This document shows, piece by piece, positions 19,712-30,242 of a stretch of DNA of 64,000 nucleotides; the stretch's first letter is position 1, and the number at the start of each line of letters is the position of its first letter. Origin of the DNA: a phage. Both the position numbers and the translations under genes were made by a program. The notes under the pieces were generated by a model. The model saw nothing but the letters and a program-made list of their open reading frames with translations. It did not search any database and was not told the DNA's origin. The stretch lies in NCBI GenBank assembly GCA_037574385.1, contig GCA_037574385.1_4529.1; one strand, 5' to 3'.

Positions 19712-20572
19712 TTATACCGCCATTTTAGCTTTGATAGCTGGATGTGATTCGTAATTTTTAAGAATAAAGTCTTTAGGACGAAGTTTTAATACGTATTCGA
19801 TTTGTTCTTCGGTTGATAGATGTCTAAATTTGTATGGTAATCCGTTAATAACTAATTCACACAACTCTTTAGGTTCACGACGTAAAACTTCTTTGCATTG
19901 CTCTACGTGGTTGCTGTAGATATGCGTATTGCCGCCTGAGAACACTAAATCACCCGGGATAAGGTTACACATCTTCGCTACAATATGCGTCAAGGCAGCG
20001 TACGAGGCAATGTTGAACGGCAAGCCCAAGAAAACATCAACACTTCTCTGGTACCATTGTAAATCAAGATAACCATTACGCACATTGAACTGATAGAACA
20101 TATGGCAAGGAGGAAGAGCCATTTGATTTATTTCGGCCGGATTCCAGGCAGAAACAATTTGACGACGATCAGTTGGTAATTTTTTAATACGGTCGATTGT
20201 TTCAACTAATTGGTCCACACCACCGAAATCACGCCATTGTTTACCATATATAGGACCAAGTTCACCACTATGATAACCAAGGTCTTTTGCCTGATTTTCG
20301 TAATTATCGTCCCAAATAGTTTTACCTTCAATTAGACTACCATGAGTACGAAGACGTAATTCATTAACATTAGTAGAACCTGACATGAACCACAGTAACT
20401 CGGCAATACAAGCTTTCCATGCTAATTTCTTAGTTGTTACTGCAGGGAATCCTTTAGTCAGATCCCAACGTAATTTAGTTCCGAACAGGGCAATTGTTCC
20501 TGTGCCTGTACGGTCGTCTGTTTCGTAGCCATTTTCTAGGATATCATTAATCAGGTATTGGTATTGTTTCAT
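19712..20572 (-). CDS. td: Thymidylate synthase (uninterrupted)
   Basis: 286 aa in one ORF (T4 td is split by a group I intron); ThyA-like motifs and close match to T4 Td. Confidence 0.9.
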   Translation of the reverse strand: MKQYQYLINDILENGYETDDRTGTGTIALFGTKLRWDLTKGFPAVTTKKLAWKACIAELLWFMSGSTNVNELRLRTHGSLIEGKTIWDDNYENQAKDLGYHSGELGPIYGKQWRDFGGVDQLVETIDRIKKLPTDRRQIVSAWNPAEINQMALPPCHMFYQFNVRNGYLDLQWYQRSVDVFLGLPFNIASYAALTHIVAKMCNLIPGDLVFSGGNTHIYSNHVEQCKEVLRREPKELCELVINGLPYKFRHLSTEEQIEYVLKLRPKDFILKNYESHPAIKAKMAV

Positions 20573-21156
20573 TTATATACGCTCTCAGTAATTTCGGTGA
20601 GTTCATCGATTCTGTAGTAATGAGATTCTACCATAGAACGTTGAAGCATAATATCTTGGATGAAATCTTTATCAAGTTGAACGTCTGAATTAACACGACA
20701 TTTCTTAATGATTTTAGTCATAACAATTTCATCAGCATAAGGCAATGCTTGTTTAAGTAGAGCAGGACCGCCGATAACCGAGACATCGACATGTTCAGTA
20801 GAAAGTTTAAACGGTACGTCGGTTGAAGGGCTTAACAAGTTAATTTCACTACCCATTACCAAGGTAATAAATTCTGCTTGGGTGATATAGAACCGTGCAA
20901 GTTCATCAGTTTTAGTCCTAGGCAGTTTTCTGGCCATATCAGTGACAACCACATGAGTACGATCTGGTAGTAGACGAGGTAATGATGCAAAAGTCTTAGC
21001 ACCCATAACCAATACAGTGTTTTTAGTGCGAGCAACAAAGTTACTCATATCTTGTTTGATATGCTTCCATGGAAGTCCATCACCTAATCCAAAAGCATAT
21101 TCCAGATTATCATCAACTGTTTTAGTCGGAGCACACGCGAATACTAATTTAAGCAT
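20569..21156 (-). CDS. frd: Dihydrofolate reductase
   Basis: 195 aa; 4-nt overlap with td; position as in T4. Confidence 0.8.
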   Translation of the reverse strand: MLKLVFACAPTKTVDDNLEYAFGLGDGLPWKHIKQDMSNFVARTKNTVLVMGAKTFASLPRLLPDRTHVVVTDMARKLPRTKTDELARFYITQAEFITLVMGSEINLLSPSTDVPFKLSTEHVDVSVIGGPALLKQALPYADEIVMTKIIKKCRVNSDVQLDKDFIQDIMLQRSMVESHYYRIDELTEITESVYK

Positions 21157-21158
21157 TT

Positions 21159-21407
21159 TTATTTCCTCAGATTTTTCTTAACAACTTTCCAATCAGCTTT
21201 AAACAATTCAACGTCAGAGTGGTGAATCCAGAATCCTGCACTTTCGCCGTCTTCGTAGAGTGGACATCCGTCACATTCTTCGTTCCAACCCATTTCACGT
21301 AAAGCTTCTTCAGCTTGTTCAAGGAGTTCAGCATCTTTACCAACGACGTTGAAGTACCATTTACCTTTAACTTCAGAATCTTTGATGCTCTGACGTTGTA
21401 ATCTCAT
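21159..21407 (-). CDS. Hypothetical protein
   Basis: Tracked ORF 21159..21470 starts with GTG and covers a promoter; probable ATG start (MRLQRQS) at about 21407 after SD GAAGGAGAA. Confidence 0.45.
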   Translation of the reverse strand: MRLQRQSIKDSEVKGKWYFNVVGKDAELLEQAEEALREMGWNEECDGCPLYEDGESAGFWIHHSDVELFKADWKVVKKNLRK

Positions 21408-21469
21408 TTTATTCTCCTTCACTTTTGATTTGATAGGGCTACTATAACATAACCCTATCTGATTATACA

Positions 21470-21862
21470 CTACTTTTTAAAAGTTTTTTGCAAAAGTTTG
21501 ATGATTTCGTCGACGTTGGTTTCATCTACGATACAATGGATTTTTGTTACACCTAAAGTTATACCTTCGTTAGTAGGTTGAGGCTTTACTAAATCTACCT
21601 CAGTAAAGTATTTGAACTCGTCAGGATAAATCTCAAAATAAGTTTCAATTTCACCACCGGCAGAACATACAGTACCATCTTCCATAGTTACACTTACTAC
21701 GTTTGGCGTATCATTATCATAATCAGGTTCCATTCCGTTTACAACAAAACTAGGCCCATGGAGTTCAATCAATTTTAACATCTTAGCGTTATTGTGTGGT
21801 GCTTCTTGAACAAAGTCGTCTTTAAATAAAGGGTTAATGATATAAGATTTTCCGATTTCCAT
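21470..21862 (-). CDS. Hypothetical protein
   Basis: 130-aa ORF with PeSL-type promoter and SD upstream. Confidence 0.5.
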   Translation of the reverse strand: MEIGKSYIINPLFKDDFVQEAPHNNAKMLKLIELHGPSFVVNGMEPDYDNDTPNVVSVTMEDGTVCSAGGEIETYFEIYPDEFKYFTEVDLVKPQPTNEGITLGVTKIHCIVDETNVDEIIKLLQKTFKK

Positions 21863-21890
21863 TTTGATTTCCTCATGTTGTTGATAAGTC

Positions 21891-21920
21891 TATACTAACA
21901 CATCCAGGGAAGAAGTAAAC
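21891..21920 (-). promoter_or_regulatory. Early promoter module
   Basis: GTTTAC-N17-TAGTAT-AGAC...CAACAACATGAGGAAATCAAAATG. Confidence 0.45.
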
Positions 21921-21951
21921 AACTTTTTCGGTAATTTACAGATACTCAAAA

Positions 21952-21969
21952 GGGAGACCGAAGTCTCCC
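21952..21969 (-). terminator. UUCG-tetraloop hairpin after gene 32
   Basis: GGGAGAC-UUCG-GUCUCCC directly after the gp32 stop. Confidence 0.55.
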
Positions 21970-21975
21970 GATTTA

Positions 21976-22878
21976 TTATAGACCGGCTAACAGGTCATCG
22001 AGGTCACCATCATCAGAGGATGAGGTAGAGCTCATGAAGTCATCTTCAGTTTTTGCAGAACTAAAGGCTTCCATGTCTTTATCAAAATCGTCAAGGTCAG
22101 AAGCAACTTTATCTGCAACAGAAGCTGCTGCGGCTGCTGCACCACCAAGAGCGGCAGTACCAAGAACCTTAGCGAAAGATTCATTTAATTTTTCAAAAGA
22201 TTTGAACTGGTCTTTAGCCGTCAAAGTAGTAAGGTCTACCATCTGGTCATACAGTTCTTTCTGGAATGCTTCGTCATTAATACGAGGAATTTCAGATTGA
22301 CCCAAGAATTTAGATTCGTCATAGTTGCTAAAACCGGAAACCTGCTTAGCTTTCAGAACGAAGTTAGCACCTTCAAACGGACAAGTAACATCAACTGGAG
22401 TTTCACCCATTTCGGTATCAACAGCAATCATTGCATTGATTTTGTCCCAAATCTTTTTACCGAAACGATATTTAAATACTTTACCTTCGTTATCTGGAGC
22501 TTGAGGGTCTTTAACAACCAGAATATTAGCCCAATAGGAAGTTTTACGTTTCAGTTGAGAATATTCAGTTTTGTTGGTATTGTACAGGTCATTTTTACTA
22601 ATGTACTGACATACAGGACAAGAGTCGTAATCACCATGTGTAGAAGAGCAATTTTCAATATACCATTTACCATTTTTCTTGAAACCGTGGTTAACAAGAA
22701 TTGCAAATGGTAGTGCATCATCAGTTTTTGCTGGCAAGAAACGAATTACCGCTTGACCATTACCTGATGCATCTAGCTTCAGCTTCCATTCGCCTTTATC
22801 TTCTGAAGAGAAACCTTTGTTACCGTTCAGTTTAGCCATTTGAGCAGCGAGGTCAGCAGTAGATTTACGTTTAAACAT
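21976..22878 (-). CDS. 32: Single-stranded DNA-binding protein gp32
   Basis: 300 aa; near-identity to T4 gp32 N-terminus ([35 protein letters not shown]) and acidic C-terminal tail. Confidence 0.95.
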   Translation of the reverse strand: MFKRKSTADLAAQMAKLNGNKGFSSEDKGEWKLKLDASGNGQAVIRFLPAKTDDALPFAILVNHGFKKNGKWYIENCSSTHGDYDSCPVCQYISKNDLYNTNKTEYSQLKRKTSYWANILVVKDPQAPDNEGKVFKYRFGKKIWDKINAMIAVDTEMGETPVDVTCPFEGANFVLKAKQVSGFSNYDESKFLGQSEIPRINDEAFQKELYDQMVDLTTLTAKDQFKSFEKLNESFAKVLGTAALGGAAAAAASVADKVASDLDDFDKDMEAFSSAKTEDDFMSSTSSSDDGDLDDLLAGL

Positions 22879-22994
22879 TATATTTACCTTTATTTAGATT
22901 ATTTAATTTATTTACAGTTGGTTGCTACGACACTTATACCTCGTAGCTGGTATGATTTATTTATAAAGTAATTTTAACACACAAGAAATAAAGC
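22879..22994 (-). promoter_or_regulatory. Gene 32 leader/regulatory region: late promoter TATAAATA, hairpin and AU-rich unstructured leader
   Basis: - strand TATAAATA at about 22958..22965; inverted repeat GCTACGA/TCGTAGC; long A/U-rich tract before the start codon, consistent with the known gp32 translational autoregulation site. Confidence 0.45.
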
Positions 22995-23648
22995 TTAATA
23001 CTTACATGATTTGATTGTTTCTATGAACAATTTCTTAGCAGCATTTCCATCGATTTGAAGTATTTTTCGATATGCCTTTAATTTGGTAGAATAATTTTGC
23101 CAGACTAAATTGTCAGTAAGTTCGTCATGCTTATCTATAATATTCAAGAATGAATCCAACAACAAGAAGGTTTCAAACGAAATTATATTGCTTTGTAGCA
23201 ATTTAAATATGTAGCTCGACTGAACTTTATTATTATAATCAAATATCTCTTGAAGCGCACTAACTTCCACTTTCTTACTGAAATAGTAGATGTTACGTAC
23301 ATCTTCAGCAAACGTCTCCTTGGCCTGTTTGAGACGTCCAATATATTCCCTATAGAAAACTAATGCATCAGCGTCTGATATCTCACCAATCCATGCATCT
23401 TGGTTAGCAACTAAGTTACTGATGAATATCAAAGTGAGTTCCTTTAACTTATATTTCTCTGCTAGTTTCTCAAAGAAATATTTATCTCGGCGTTTTTGAT
23501 ACGCATTATCCGAAACACGCATGCACCAGTTATATTTGATTACGTCATACCGACCATTAAAATGTTGTTTGCACATCAAGTATAGTTTGTATACCGATTT
23601 TCCGTTAATATAACGTTCTCCATCAGGAGGCATGCGTATTTTAATCAT
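22995..23648 (-). CDS. 59: Helicase loader gp59
   Basis: 217 aa, same as T4 gp59; close match throughout (YKLYLM.KQH.NG.YDVIKYNWCMRVSD). Confidence 0.9.
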   Translation of the reverse strand: MIKIRMPPDGERYINGKSVYKLYLMCKQHFNGRYDVIKYNWCMRVSDNAYQKRRDKYFFEKLAEKYKLKELTLIFISNLVANQDAWIGEISDADALVFYREYIGRLKQAKETFAEDVRNIYYFSKKVEVSALQEIFDYNNKVQSSYIFKLLQSNIISFETFLLLDSFLNIIDKHDELTDNLVWQNYSTKLKAYRKILQIDGNAAKKLFIETIKSCKY

Positions 23649-23983
23649 AATAAGAAATCTAACGTATTAGTTTTTTCACCACGAGCAACTGATGGGCGAA
23701 GCATGTTTTCGTCAATTGCTTCACTTGTAATTTTTTCAACAATTCCTGTAGGAATAAATTTAGCAAATTGTGTTTCTGGAATAGAATTTTCTTCCAAGAA
23801 AGCAGTTGTTGCTTCTAAATAAGACATACCAAATTGTTCAACCATGGATTCGATAATGAATCCGTTTTCTTGACGGTCAAGCAATTTAGCGATATCATCT
23901 TTATCGTGTTTTACTGCTAATTCTTGTTCAGATAAACCGGCCTCATCAACCGGTTTAATATCACTTAGTGAAAACTGTGTCAT
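23645..23983 (-). CDS. 33: Late transcription co-activator gp33
   Basis: 112 aa, same as T4 gp33; position between 59 and dsbA. Confidence 0.6.
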   Translation of the reverse strand: MTQFSLSDIKPVDEAGLSEQELAVKHDKDDIAKLLDRQENGFIIESMVEQFGMSYLEATTAFLEENSIPETQFAKFIPTGIVEKITSEAIDENMLRPSVARGEKTNTLDFLL

Positions 23984-24248
23984 AAAGCTCGACTACCTCT
24001 TCGTTTTCAGCTTCAAATTGGTCACGAGCATCTTTATGATAAAGAGCTAACAAACGATTAAACATTTTTCCATCGACGCCAAGCTCTTCTTTAGCACGAG
24101 TACGAATGTCTTTAATCAGTTCATTATAACCAGAAATTTTAAGTTTGTTATCGGAAGCTTCCTTGACTAGTTTAGCCAGTTCTTCACCATGCACATCTTG
24201 ATTAAATTCAACTGCTTCTTTCTTAGCCATGTTTACCTCAGAATTCAT
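23961..24248 (-). CDS. dsbA: dsDNA-binding protein DsbA (late transcription enhancer)
   Basis: 95 aa; position between 33 and rnh as in T4. Confidence 0.5.
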   Translation of the reverse strand: MNSEVNMAKKEAVEFNQDVHGEELAKLVKEASDNKLKISGYNELIKDIRTRAKEELGVDGKMFNRLLALYHKDARDQFEAENEEVVELYDTVFTK

Positions 24249-25155
24249 TAATTACACTTGTTAATTTAGAAAGTCCAGATTTTACAAAGTACGAATAAAT
24301 CTTGCCTTTAGGTTGTGGTTTATATGAGTTATAATACTCTATAATGGTTGAAGCAATATTATCAGGGATATAATCAAAATCAATTAGAACCAAATTTTCT
24401 TGGTACCGTTTATATTCTTCTGCACTTAATAATACTTCAGCTTGAGAACGGTCATTAGCAATTGCTTCAATAATCGTTGTTTTCATGCTTGGAGTTCGTT
24501 CGCCTTCAACTCGAGTAAACCAGAAATCACCACGAACTCGAACAGACGCAACACCATCTTTACGGTCGCCTTTAAGAATTTTAGTCATGCAATCAATTTC
24601 GGCAGAACCATTCTTAATTTTAACCCATTTTTTCTGCGGTGGCGACCACTGTTTAACGTTAGGGTATTTGTGTAATTGTGTAAAGTCACCATCTGATGCA
24701 ACAATACACACCTTATGACCGGCTAATGACAAATATTTAGTTAATACACCGATATGGTCATCTGCTTCGTATTTGTCAATATCCATTACAACGTATGGCA
24801 TATATTTCTTAATCTCATCAACGACTTGATGGAGTGCAGTAAAATATCCTTCCCAATCCCACTTTGAAGCTTCACGATCGGTTTTACGATTTTTCTTATA
24901 ATAGTAAGCAAAGTCGCGTCGCCAATACCCAGAAGTAGCGTTATCCATGCACAATACAAATTTTGTATAACCTTGCTTACGGAACATCACTACGTTTTTA
25001 CGAATTGAATTCAAGATTACATGGCGAACCATCGGAACAGTAATTTTATCACCGTCTTCAAAGTTGTTTAATGCAGCTGCTAATGCAATGTTACTAAAGT
25101 CTGCAAGTGCAATACCTTCTTTGTAATCTTCATCCAACATCATTTCTAAATCCAT
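24238..25155 (-). CDS. rnh: RNase H / 5'-3' flap exonuclease
   Basis: 305 aa, same as T4 RNase H; divergently oriented from gene 34 as in T4. Confidence 0.8.
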   Translation of the reverse strand: MDLEMMLDEDYKEGIALADFSNIALAAALNNFEDGDKITVPMVRHVILNSIRKNVVMFRKQGYTKFVLCMDNATSGYWRRDFAYYYKKNRKTDREASKWDWEGYFTALHQVVDEIKKYMPYVVMDIDKYEADDHIGVLTKYLSLAGHKVCIVASDGDFTQLHKYPNVKQWSPPQKKWVKIKNGSAEIDCMTKILKGDRKDGVASVRVRGDFWFTRVEGERTPSMKTTIIEAIANDRSQAEVLLSAEEYKRYQENLVLIDFDYIPDNIASTIIEYYNSYKPQPKGKIYSYFVKSGLSKLTSVINEF

Positions 25156-25188
25156 ATGAACCTCTTGTTCAGTTAGTCAACTTGGACT

Positions 25189-25217
25189 ATAGTAACATAC
25201 TAGTTCGAAAGCGTAAA
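25189..25217 (-). promoter_or_regulatory. Early promoter for rnh (divergent from gene 34 late promoter)
   Basis: ATTTACG-N18-TACTAT-AGTCC on - strand in the rnh/34 divergent intergenic region. Confidence 0.4.
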
Positions 25218-25243
25218 TAGTCTTTTACTCATTTATAAATAGT

Positions 25244-25251
25244 AAAATAGA
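25244..25251 (+). promoter_or_regulatory. Late promoter (TATAAATA) for gene 34 operon
   Basis: Exact TATAAATA about 25 nt upstream of gene 34 ATG, followed by SD AAGAGGA. Confidence 0.6.
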
Positions 25252-25275
25252 ACACATAATGATAAGAGGACTACC

Positions 25276-28200
25276 ATGGTTGACATCAAACGTAAGTTCA
25301 GGGCCGAAGATGGTCTTGACGCAGGCGGTGATAAGATAGTTAACGTTGCGCTTGCTGACCGCACAGTTGGCACCGATGGCGTGAACGTTGACTTTTTGGT
25401 GCAAGAAAACACCGTACAGAATTATGACGAGACGCGCGCGTATACAAAAGATTTTATTGTTCTTTATGATAATCGTTTTTATCAAGCTTTAAACGATATT
25501 CCAGCTCCGGCAGGCCCTTTCTCTTTGGCTAAATGGAAGGCAACTCGTACAGATGCAGAATGGATTACAGTTCAAGGCGGAGATTTCCAATTATCAGTAG
25601 GTAACTCTATCGCGGTTGATACTTCAGCTGGCACTGATATTAATTTCACTTTGCCTCAAAATCCTTTAGATGGCGATACAGTTATTTTGTCTGATATTGG
25701 TGGTAGAGTAGGCTATGTAAAAGTTCAAATTACTGCAGAGGCTCAAAGTATTGTAAACTTTAGAGGACAACAGGTTCGTTCAGTTTTAATGACGCACCCA
25801 AAATCTAAAATGGTCTTCATTTTTAGCAACCGCCTATGGCAAATGTATGTTTCTGATTACGAACGTAATGCAGTCACAGTAACTCCTGCTAAGCCATATC
25901 AGGCGCAACCTAATGATTTTATCATTCGACGTTTTACATCAGCCGCTCCTATTAATATTACATTGCCTCGTAATGCTAATAATGGCGATATTATTAATTT
26001 AGTTGATTTAGACAAATTAAACCCATTATATCACACAATTGTCAAAACTTACGATGAAACAACTTCTATACGAGAAGCTGGTGTTCATGTAGCAGAAGGA
26101 CGTAATACTGCGGAAGCATTCTTTGTTTATGATTCTGCTAATAGCTTATGGCGTGTTTGGGAAGGTGACCAGAAATCTCGTTTACGTATAGTTCGTAATG
26201 ATACTGATTTACACCCTAATGAAGAAGTTCTTGTTTTTGGAACTAATAATGATACAATCTCGACGGTAAATCTTACTTTGCCTACAGATATTTTGTCTGG
26301 CGATACTGTTAAAATATCGTTGAATTATATGCGTAAAGGGCAAACTGTAAAAATTAAAGCTGCTGAAGGCGATACAATTGCTAGCAGTATTTCTTTATTA
26401 CAGTTCCCAAAACGTTCGGAGTATCCACCTGATGCACAATGGGTTTCTGTTAGTGAGCTGGAATTTAATGGTGATACTTCGTATGTACCTGTACTTGAGT
26501 TAGCTTATATAGAAGATTATTCATCTGAAACAAAATATTGGGTAGTTCAACAAAACACCGTAACCGTCGAACGAGTCGATGCATCGAGCAATACAACTAG
26601 AGCTCGTTTAGGTGTTATTGCGCTTGCTTCTCAAGCGCAAGCAAATGTTGATTTAGAAAATGCTCCTGGTAAAGAACTGGCTATTACTCCGGAAACATTA
26701 GCAAATCGTACAGCAACTGAAACTCGTCGTGGTATTGCTCGTATTGCAACAACTGCACAAGTTAACCAGAATACCGATTTTGCATTCCAAGACGACTTGA
26801 TTATTTCTCCTAAGAAATTGAACGAACGTACAGCAACTGAAACCCGTAGAGGTGTTGCTGAAGTTGCAACTCAGGCTGAAACTAATGCTGGCATAGATGA
26901 TACCACTATTATTACTCCTAAGAAATTGGATGCCCGTCAAGGTTCTGAAGTTTTATCTGGTATTGTAAAATACACATCTACGACTGGTACTACAGCTGCT
27001 ACTATTCGTGGTAATGCTGGGACTAACGTTTATAACAAAGCTGTAGATAATTTAACTATTTCTCCAAAGGCTCTTGACCAGTATAAAGCTACCCCTACTC
27101 AACAGGGCGCAGTAATTCTTGCTATTGAAAGTGAAGTTATCGCTGGCGAATCACAAGCTGGTTGGGCTAATGCTGTAGTGACCCCTGAAACTCTGCATAA
27201 GAAAACTTCTACTGATGGGCGTATTGGTTTAATTGAAATTGCTACGCAAGCAGAAACTAACACTGGAATTGATTATACTAGAGCAGTAACGCCTAAGACG
27301 TTAAATGATAGGAAAGCTACGGAAGGATTATCCGGCATAGCCGAAATTGCTACGCAAGTTGAATTTGATACTGGAACTGACGATACTCGTATCTCGTCTC
27401 CACTGAAAATTAAAACTCATTTTGATTCTTCTGACCGTACCAGTGTTAATTCTGATTCCGGACTTATTGAAGAAGGAACCTTGTGGAACCATTATACTCT
27501 TGATATTTCTAAAGCAAATGAAACACAACGTGGTACACTTCGCGTAGCAACCCAAGCAGAATCTAATGCAGGAACTTTAGATGATGTTCTTATTACTCCT
27601 AAAAAGCTTTTAGGGACTAAGTCCACTGAAACGTCTGAAGGCGTAATTAAGGTTGCTACTCAGGCTGAAACTGTAACAGGAACTTCTGCTAATACTGCTG
27701 TATCTCCTAAGAATTTAAAATGGATTGTCCAGAATGAACCAACATGGGCTGCTACTACTGCAATAAGAGGTTTTGTTAAAACTTCATCAGGTTCAATTAC
27801 ATTCGTTGGTAATGATACAGTTGGTTCAACACAACCTTTAGAATCATATGAAAAAAATAGCTATGCGGTGTCACCATATGAATTAAACCGTGTACTTGCT
27901 AACTATTTGCCATTGAAAGCTAAAGCCGTAGATAGTAATCTGTTAGATGGTCTAGATTCTCTTCAGTTCATCCGTAGAGACATCGACCAGACGGTTAATG
28001 GTTCTTTAAGTCTTACTAAGCAGACCAACCTGAGTGCTCCTTTAGTATCTACAAGCACTGCTTCTTTTGGGTCCGAAGCATCTGTTACTCGTAGATTAAC
28101 TCTTAACGACTCTAGCGGTTCTGAAATAGTTTTCACTAAAGGAACCCAATCTCTTAGTAATAAAGAGAATTTCGTTGTTAGAGCATGGGGTAATAGCGCT

Positions 28201-29109
28201 ACAGATGGTGCCCGTGATACAGTATTTGAAGCGGGTGACGAAACAGGATACCATTTCTATTCTCAGCGCGCTTCTGATAATAAAGTATCATTTAATATTA
28301 ATGGAACACTTTATTCAACAGGCATTGTTTCTACAAATGGATTAAATGTTACAGGTGTTTCTACCTTTACCGGGCCTATTAGTGCTACAGGCGAAATTGT
28401 TTCTAGTTCTCCTATTGCATTCAGAGCTATTAACGGTAACTATGGTGTTATGCTTTATAATGCTGGTGACAGTTCTTATATTGCATTAACTAACTCAGGT
28501 GACCAGACCGGGACGTTTAATAACTTACGCCCGATCACGATTAACAATGCCACAGGATTAGTTCGTCTTGACAATGGTGTTCAAATCACAAGTGGTGCAA
28601 CAATAACTACCGGTGGGTTAACTGTAAATAACAGAATTATTTCTAACGGCGTTAAAACTGCCACGGTTTATACCGATAAACCAACAGCTTCTACTGTAGG
28701 TTTTTGGTCTATTGACATTAACGATTCTGCTGTATATAGCCAATTCCCTGGATATTGGACGCGTGATAACAAAGGTAACCGTGACCAAGAAATTAAATAT
28801 CCTGGTACTTTGACTCAATTTGGTAATAGCTTAGATTCGCTTTATCAGGATTGGATTTGTTATCCTACTGGTGCAAATGGTGGTAGTATTCGATATACTC
28901 GTACCTGGCAGAAAAATAAAGATGCTTGGACCTCATTTGCAATGGTATTTGATAGTGGCAACCCACCTTCACCTAGCGATGTCGGTGCTATCCCATCCGA
29001 TAATGCTGTGATTGGAAACCTTACTGTTCGAGACTTCTTACAATTAGGAAATGTGAGAATTGTTCCAGACCCGGTTAACAAAACCGTTAAATTTATATGG
29101 GTTGAATAA
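25276..29109 (+). CDS. 34: Long tail fibre proximal subunit gp34
   Basis: 1277 aa; internal tandem about 40-aa repeats (TATETRRG-A-IAT-AQ/E..); first gene of the + strand fibre operon with late promoter TATAAATA upstream. Confidence 0.85.
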   Translation: MVDIKRKFRAEDGLDAGGDKIVNVALADRTVGTDGVNVDFLVQENTVQNYDETRAYTKDFIVLYDNRFYQALNDIPAPAGPFSLAKWKATRTDAEWITVQGGDFQLSVGNSIAVDTSAGTDINFTLPQNPLDGDTVILSDIGGRVGYVKVQITAEAQSIVNFRGQQVRSVLMTHPKSKMVFIFSNRLWQMYVSDYERNAVTVTPAKPYQAQPNDFIIRRFTSAAPINITLPRNANNGDIINLVDLDKLNPLYHTIVKTYDETTSIREAGVHVAEGRNTAEAFFVYDSANSLWRVWEGDQKSRLRIVRNDTDLHPNEEVLVFGTNNDTISTVNLTLPTDILSGDTVKISLNYMRKGQTVKIKAAEGDTIASSISLLQFPKRSEYPPDAQWVSVSELEFNGDTSYVPVLELAYIEDYSSETKYWVVQQNTVTVERVDASSNTTRARLGVIALASQAQANVDLENAPGKELAITPETLANRTATETRRGIARIATTAQVNQNTDFAFQDDLIISPKKLNERTATETRRGVAEVATQAETNAGIDDTTIITPKKLDARQGSEVLSGIVKYTSTTGTTAATIRGNAGTNVYNKAVDNLTISPKALDQYKATPTQQGAVILAIESEVIAGESQAGWANAVVTPETLHKKTSTDGRIGLIEIATQAETNTGIDYTRAVTPKTLNDRKATEGLSGIAEIATQVEFDTGTDDTRISSPLKIKTHFDSSDRTSVNSDSGLIEEGTLWNHYTLDISKANETQRGTLRVATQAESNAGTLDDVLITPKKLLGTKSTETSEGVIKVATQAETVTGTSANTAVSPKNLKWIVQNEPTWAATTAIRGFVKTSSGSITFVGNDTVGSTQPLESYEKNSYAVSPYELNRVLANYLPLKAKAVDSNLLDGLDSLQFIRRDIDQTVNGSLSLTKQTNLSAPLVSTSTASFGSEASVTRRLTLNDSSGSEIVFTKGTQSLSNKENFVVRAWGNSATDGARDTVFEAGDETGYHFYSQRASDNKVSFNINGTLYSTGIVSTNGLNVTGVSTFTGPISATGEIVSSSPIAFRAINGNYGVMLYNAGDSSYIALTNSGDQTGTFNNLRPITINNATGLVRLDNGVQITSGATITTGGLTVNNRIISNGVKTATVYTDKPTASTVGFWSIDINDSAVYSQFPGYWTRDNKGNRDQEIKYPGTLTQFGNSLDSLYQDWICYPTGANGGSIRYTRTWQKNKDAWTSFAMVFDSGNPPSPSDVGAIPSDNAVIGNLTVRDFLQLGNVRIVPDPVNKTVKFIWVE
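26690..27720 (+). repeat. In-frame tandem repeats (about 40 aa / 120 nt unit) inside gene 34
   Basis: Protein motif TATETRRG(I/V)A-(I/V)AT-A(Q/E)-N-(G/T)-D recurs at least six times with ITPKKL-type linkers. Confidence 0.6.
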
Positions 29110-29117
29110 GAGGTTAT

Positions 29118-30242
29118 ATGGAAAAATTTATGGCAAGGTTTGGACAGGGATACGTCCAAACGCCATTTTTATCGGAAAGCAATTCAGTTAGATTTAAACT
29201 AAGTATAGCGGGTTCATGCCCGCTTTCAACAACTAATCCGTATATTTTGTTCCAAAATGAGCCTTTAGGGTTGCAGTCTTTTGGTATTGGACTAAATGTT
29301 AGGGTAATAAATCCGGAAAATGGAACTATAGTTGATAGTAAATTATACAATTTTGCGCCTACAAATAATGCAACTTCAGCTGCATTTATTTCGTTTGTTA
29401 ATACATACGCAGATAATTTCATTTTCGCATTTATTTCTAATAACAAATTTAATTTGCCGCCAGAAATAATTGAATGGTTTAAAGCTGCTGGGAGTTCAGT
29501 TATACCGTCAATTGAAGTTGCTAGTCTTGTTGATATTTCATATTCAGCGTTTTATGTTTCAGGTAAAAATACTATTGCATTAGAACACATAAAATACAGT
29601 AATAAGAAAACAATTTCGGATTACTCAACTCCATTAGATATTGTATATGACTCTATTGCTGATATAGGTGCTACCGGCTATCCTAGACGTACATATGAAG
29701 CTCTAGAAACGTTTTTATCTCCTGTTGGAGGAACTAACAATGAAATAAAAAGGGTGCCTACATCATCCCTTGTTACTCCTATCGCAAACTATGGATTAAA
29801 GCCTACAGATTTTCTTTATTTGAAATTTCAATTAATGGCTGATGAAGCATTACTAGAGGAAGGAACCACAAGACTTTCAATTCGTTTCTTTAAGTCTCCA
29901 TCTAGCTCTCCTATATCGTCTAAAGATATAAACTTTGACGGAACTGCTGGTGAATGGAAGCTATATGAAGAATACGTTGAAATACCAGCTGAAGCCGATG
30001 GCTTTACAGTATATTGTTACCGTACGGCCCCAGTCGGTCAAGGTGGACTAAGAAATGTTATTTTTACTGAAGTATCATGTAACGGAAGTATAGCAAAACC
30101 TGCCGAGTTTGGCCTAAATGGTATTCGTGCTAATTACATCGATGAATCATTAACCGGTAATGATATAATGGACTTGCCTACTCAGTTATCTAACGACACA
30201 GGTAAGGTATTTGGGCAGGAATTTAAAGAGTACACAGAATAA
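29118..30242 (+). CDS. 35: Long tail fibre hinge protein gp35
   Basis: 374 aa; position and size as T4 gp35. Confidence 0.75.
   Translation: MEKFMARFGQGYVQTPFLSESNSVRFKLSIAGSCPLSTTNPYILFQNEPLGLQSFGIGLNVRVINPENGTIVDSKLYNFAPTNNATSAAFISFVNTYADNFIFAFISNNKFNLPPEIIEWFKAAGSSVIPSIEVASLVDISYSAFYVSGKNTIALEHIKYSNKKTISDYSTPLDIVYDSIADIGATGYPRRTYEALETFLSPVGGTNNEIKRVPTSSLVTPIANYGLKPTDFLYLKFQLMADEALLEEGTTRLSIRFFKSPSSSPISSKDINFDGTAGEWKLYEEYVEIPAEADGFTVYCYRTAPVGQGGLRNVIFTEVSCNGSIAKPAEFGLNGIRANYIDESLTGNDIMDLPTQLSNDTGKVFGQEFKEYTE

Noticed and set aside
26698-28818. - strand ORFs (26698..26940, 27328..27555, 28618..28818) inside gene 34
   Set aside because: Antisense to the long tail fibre gene; Cys/Ser-rich junk-like translations.
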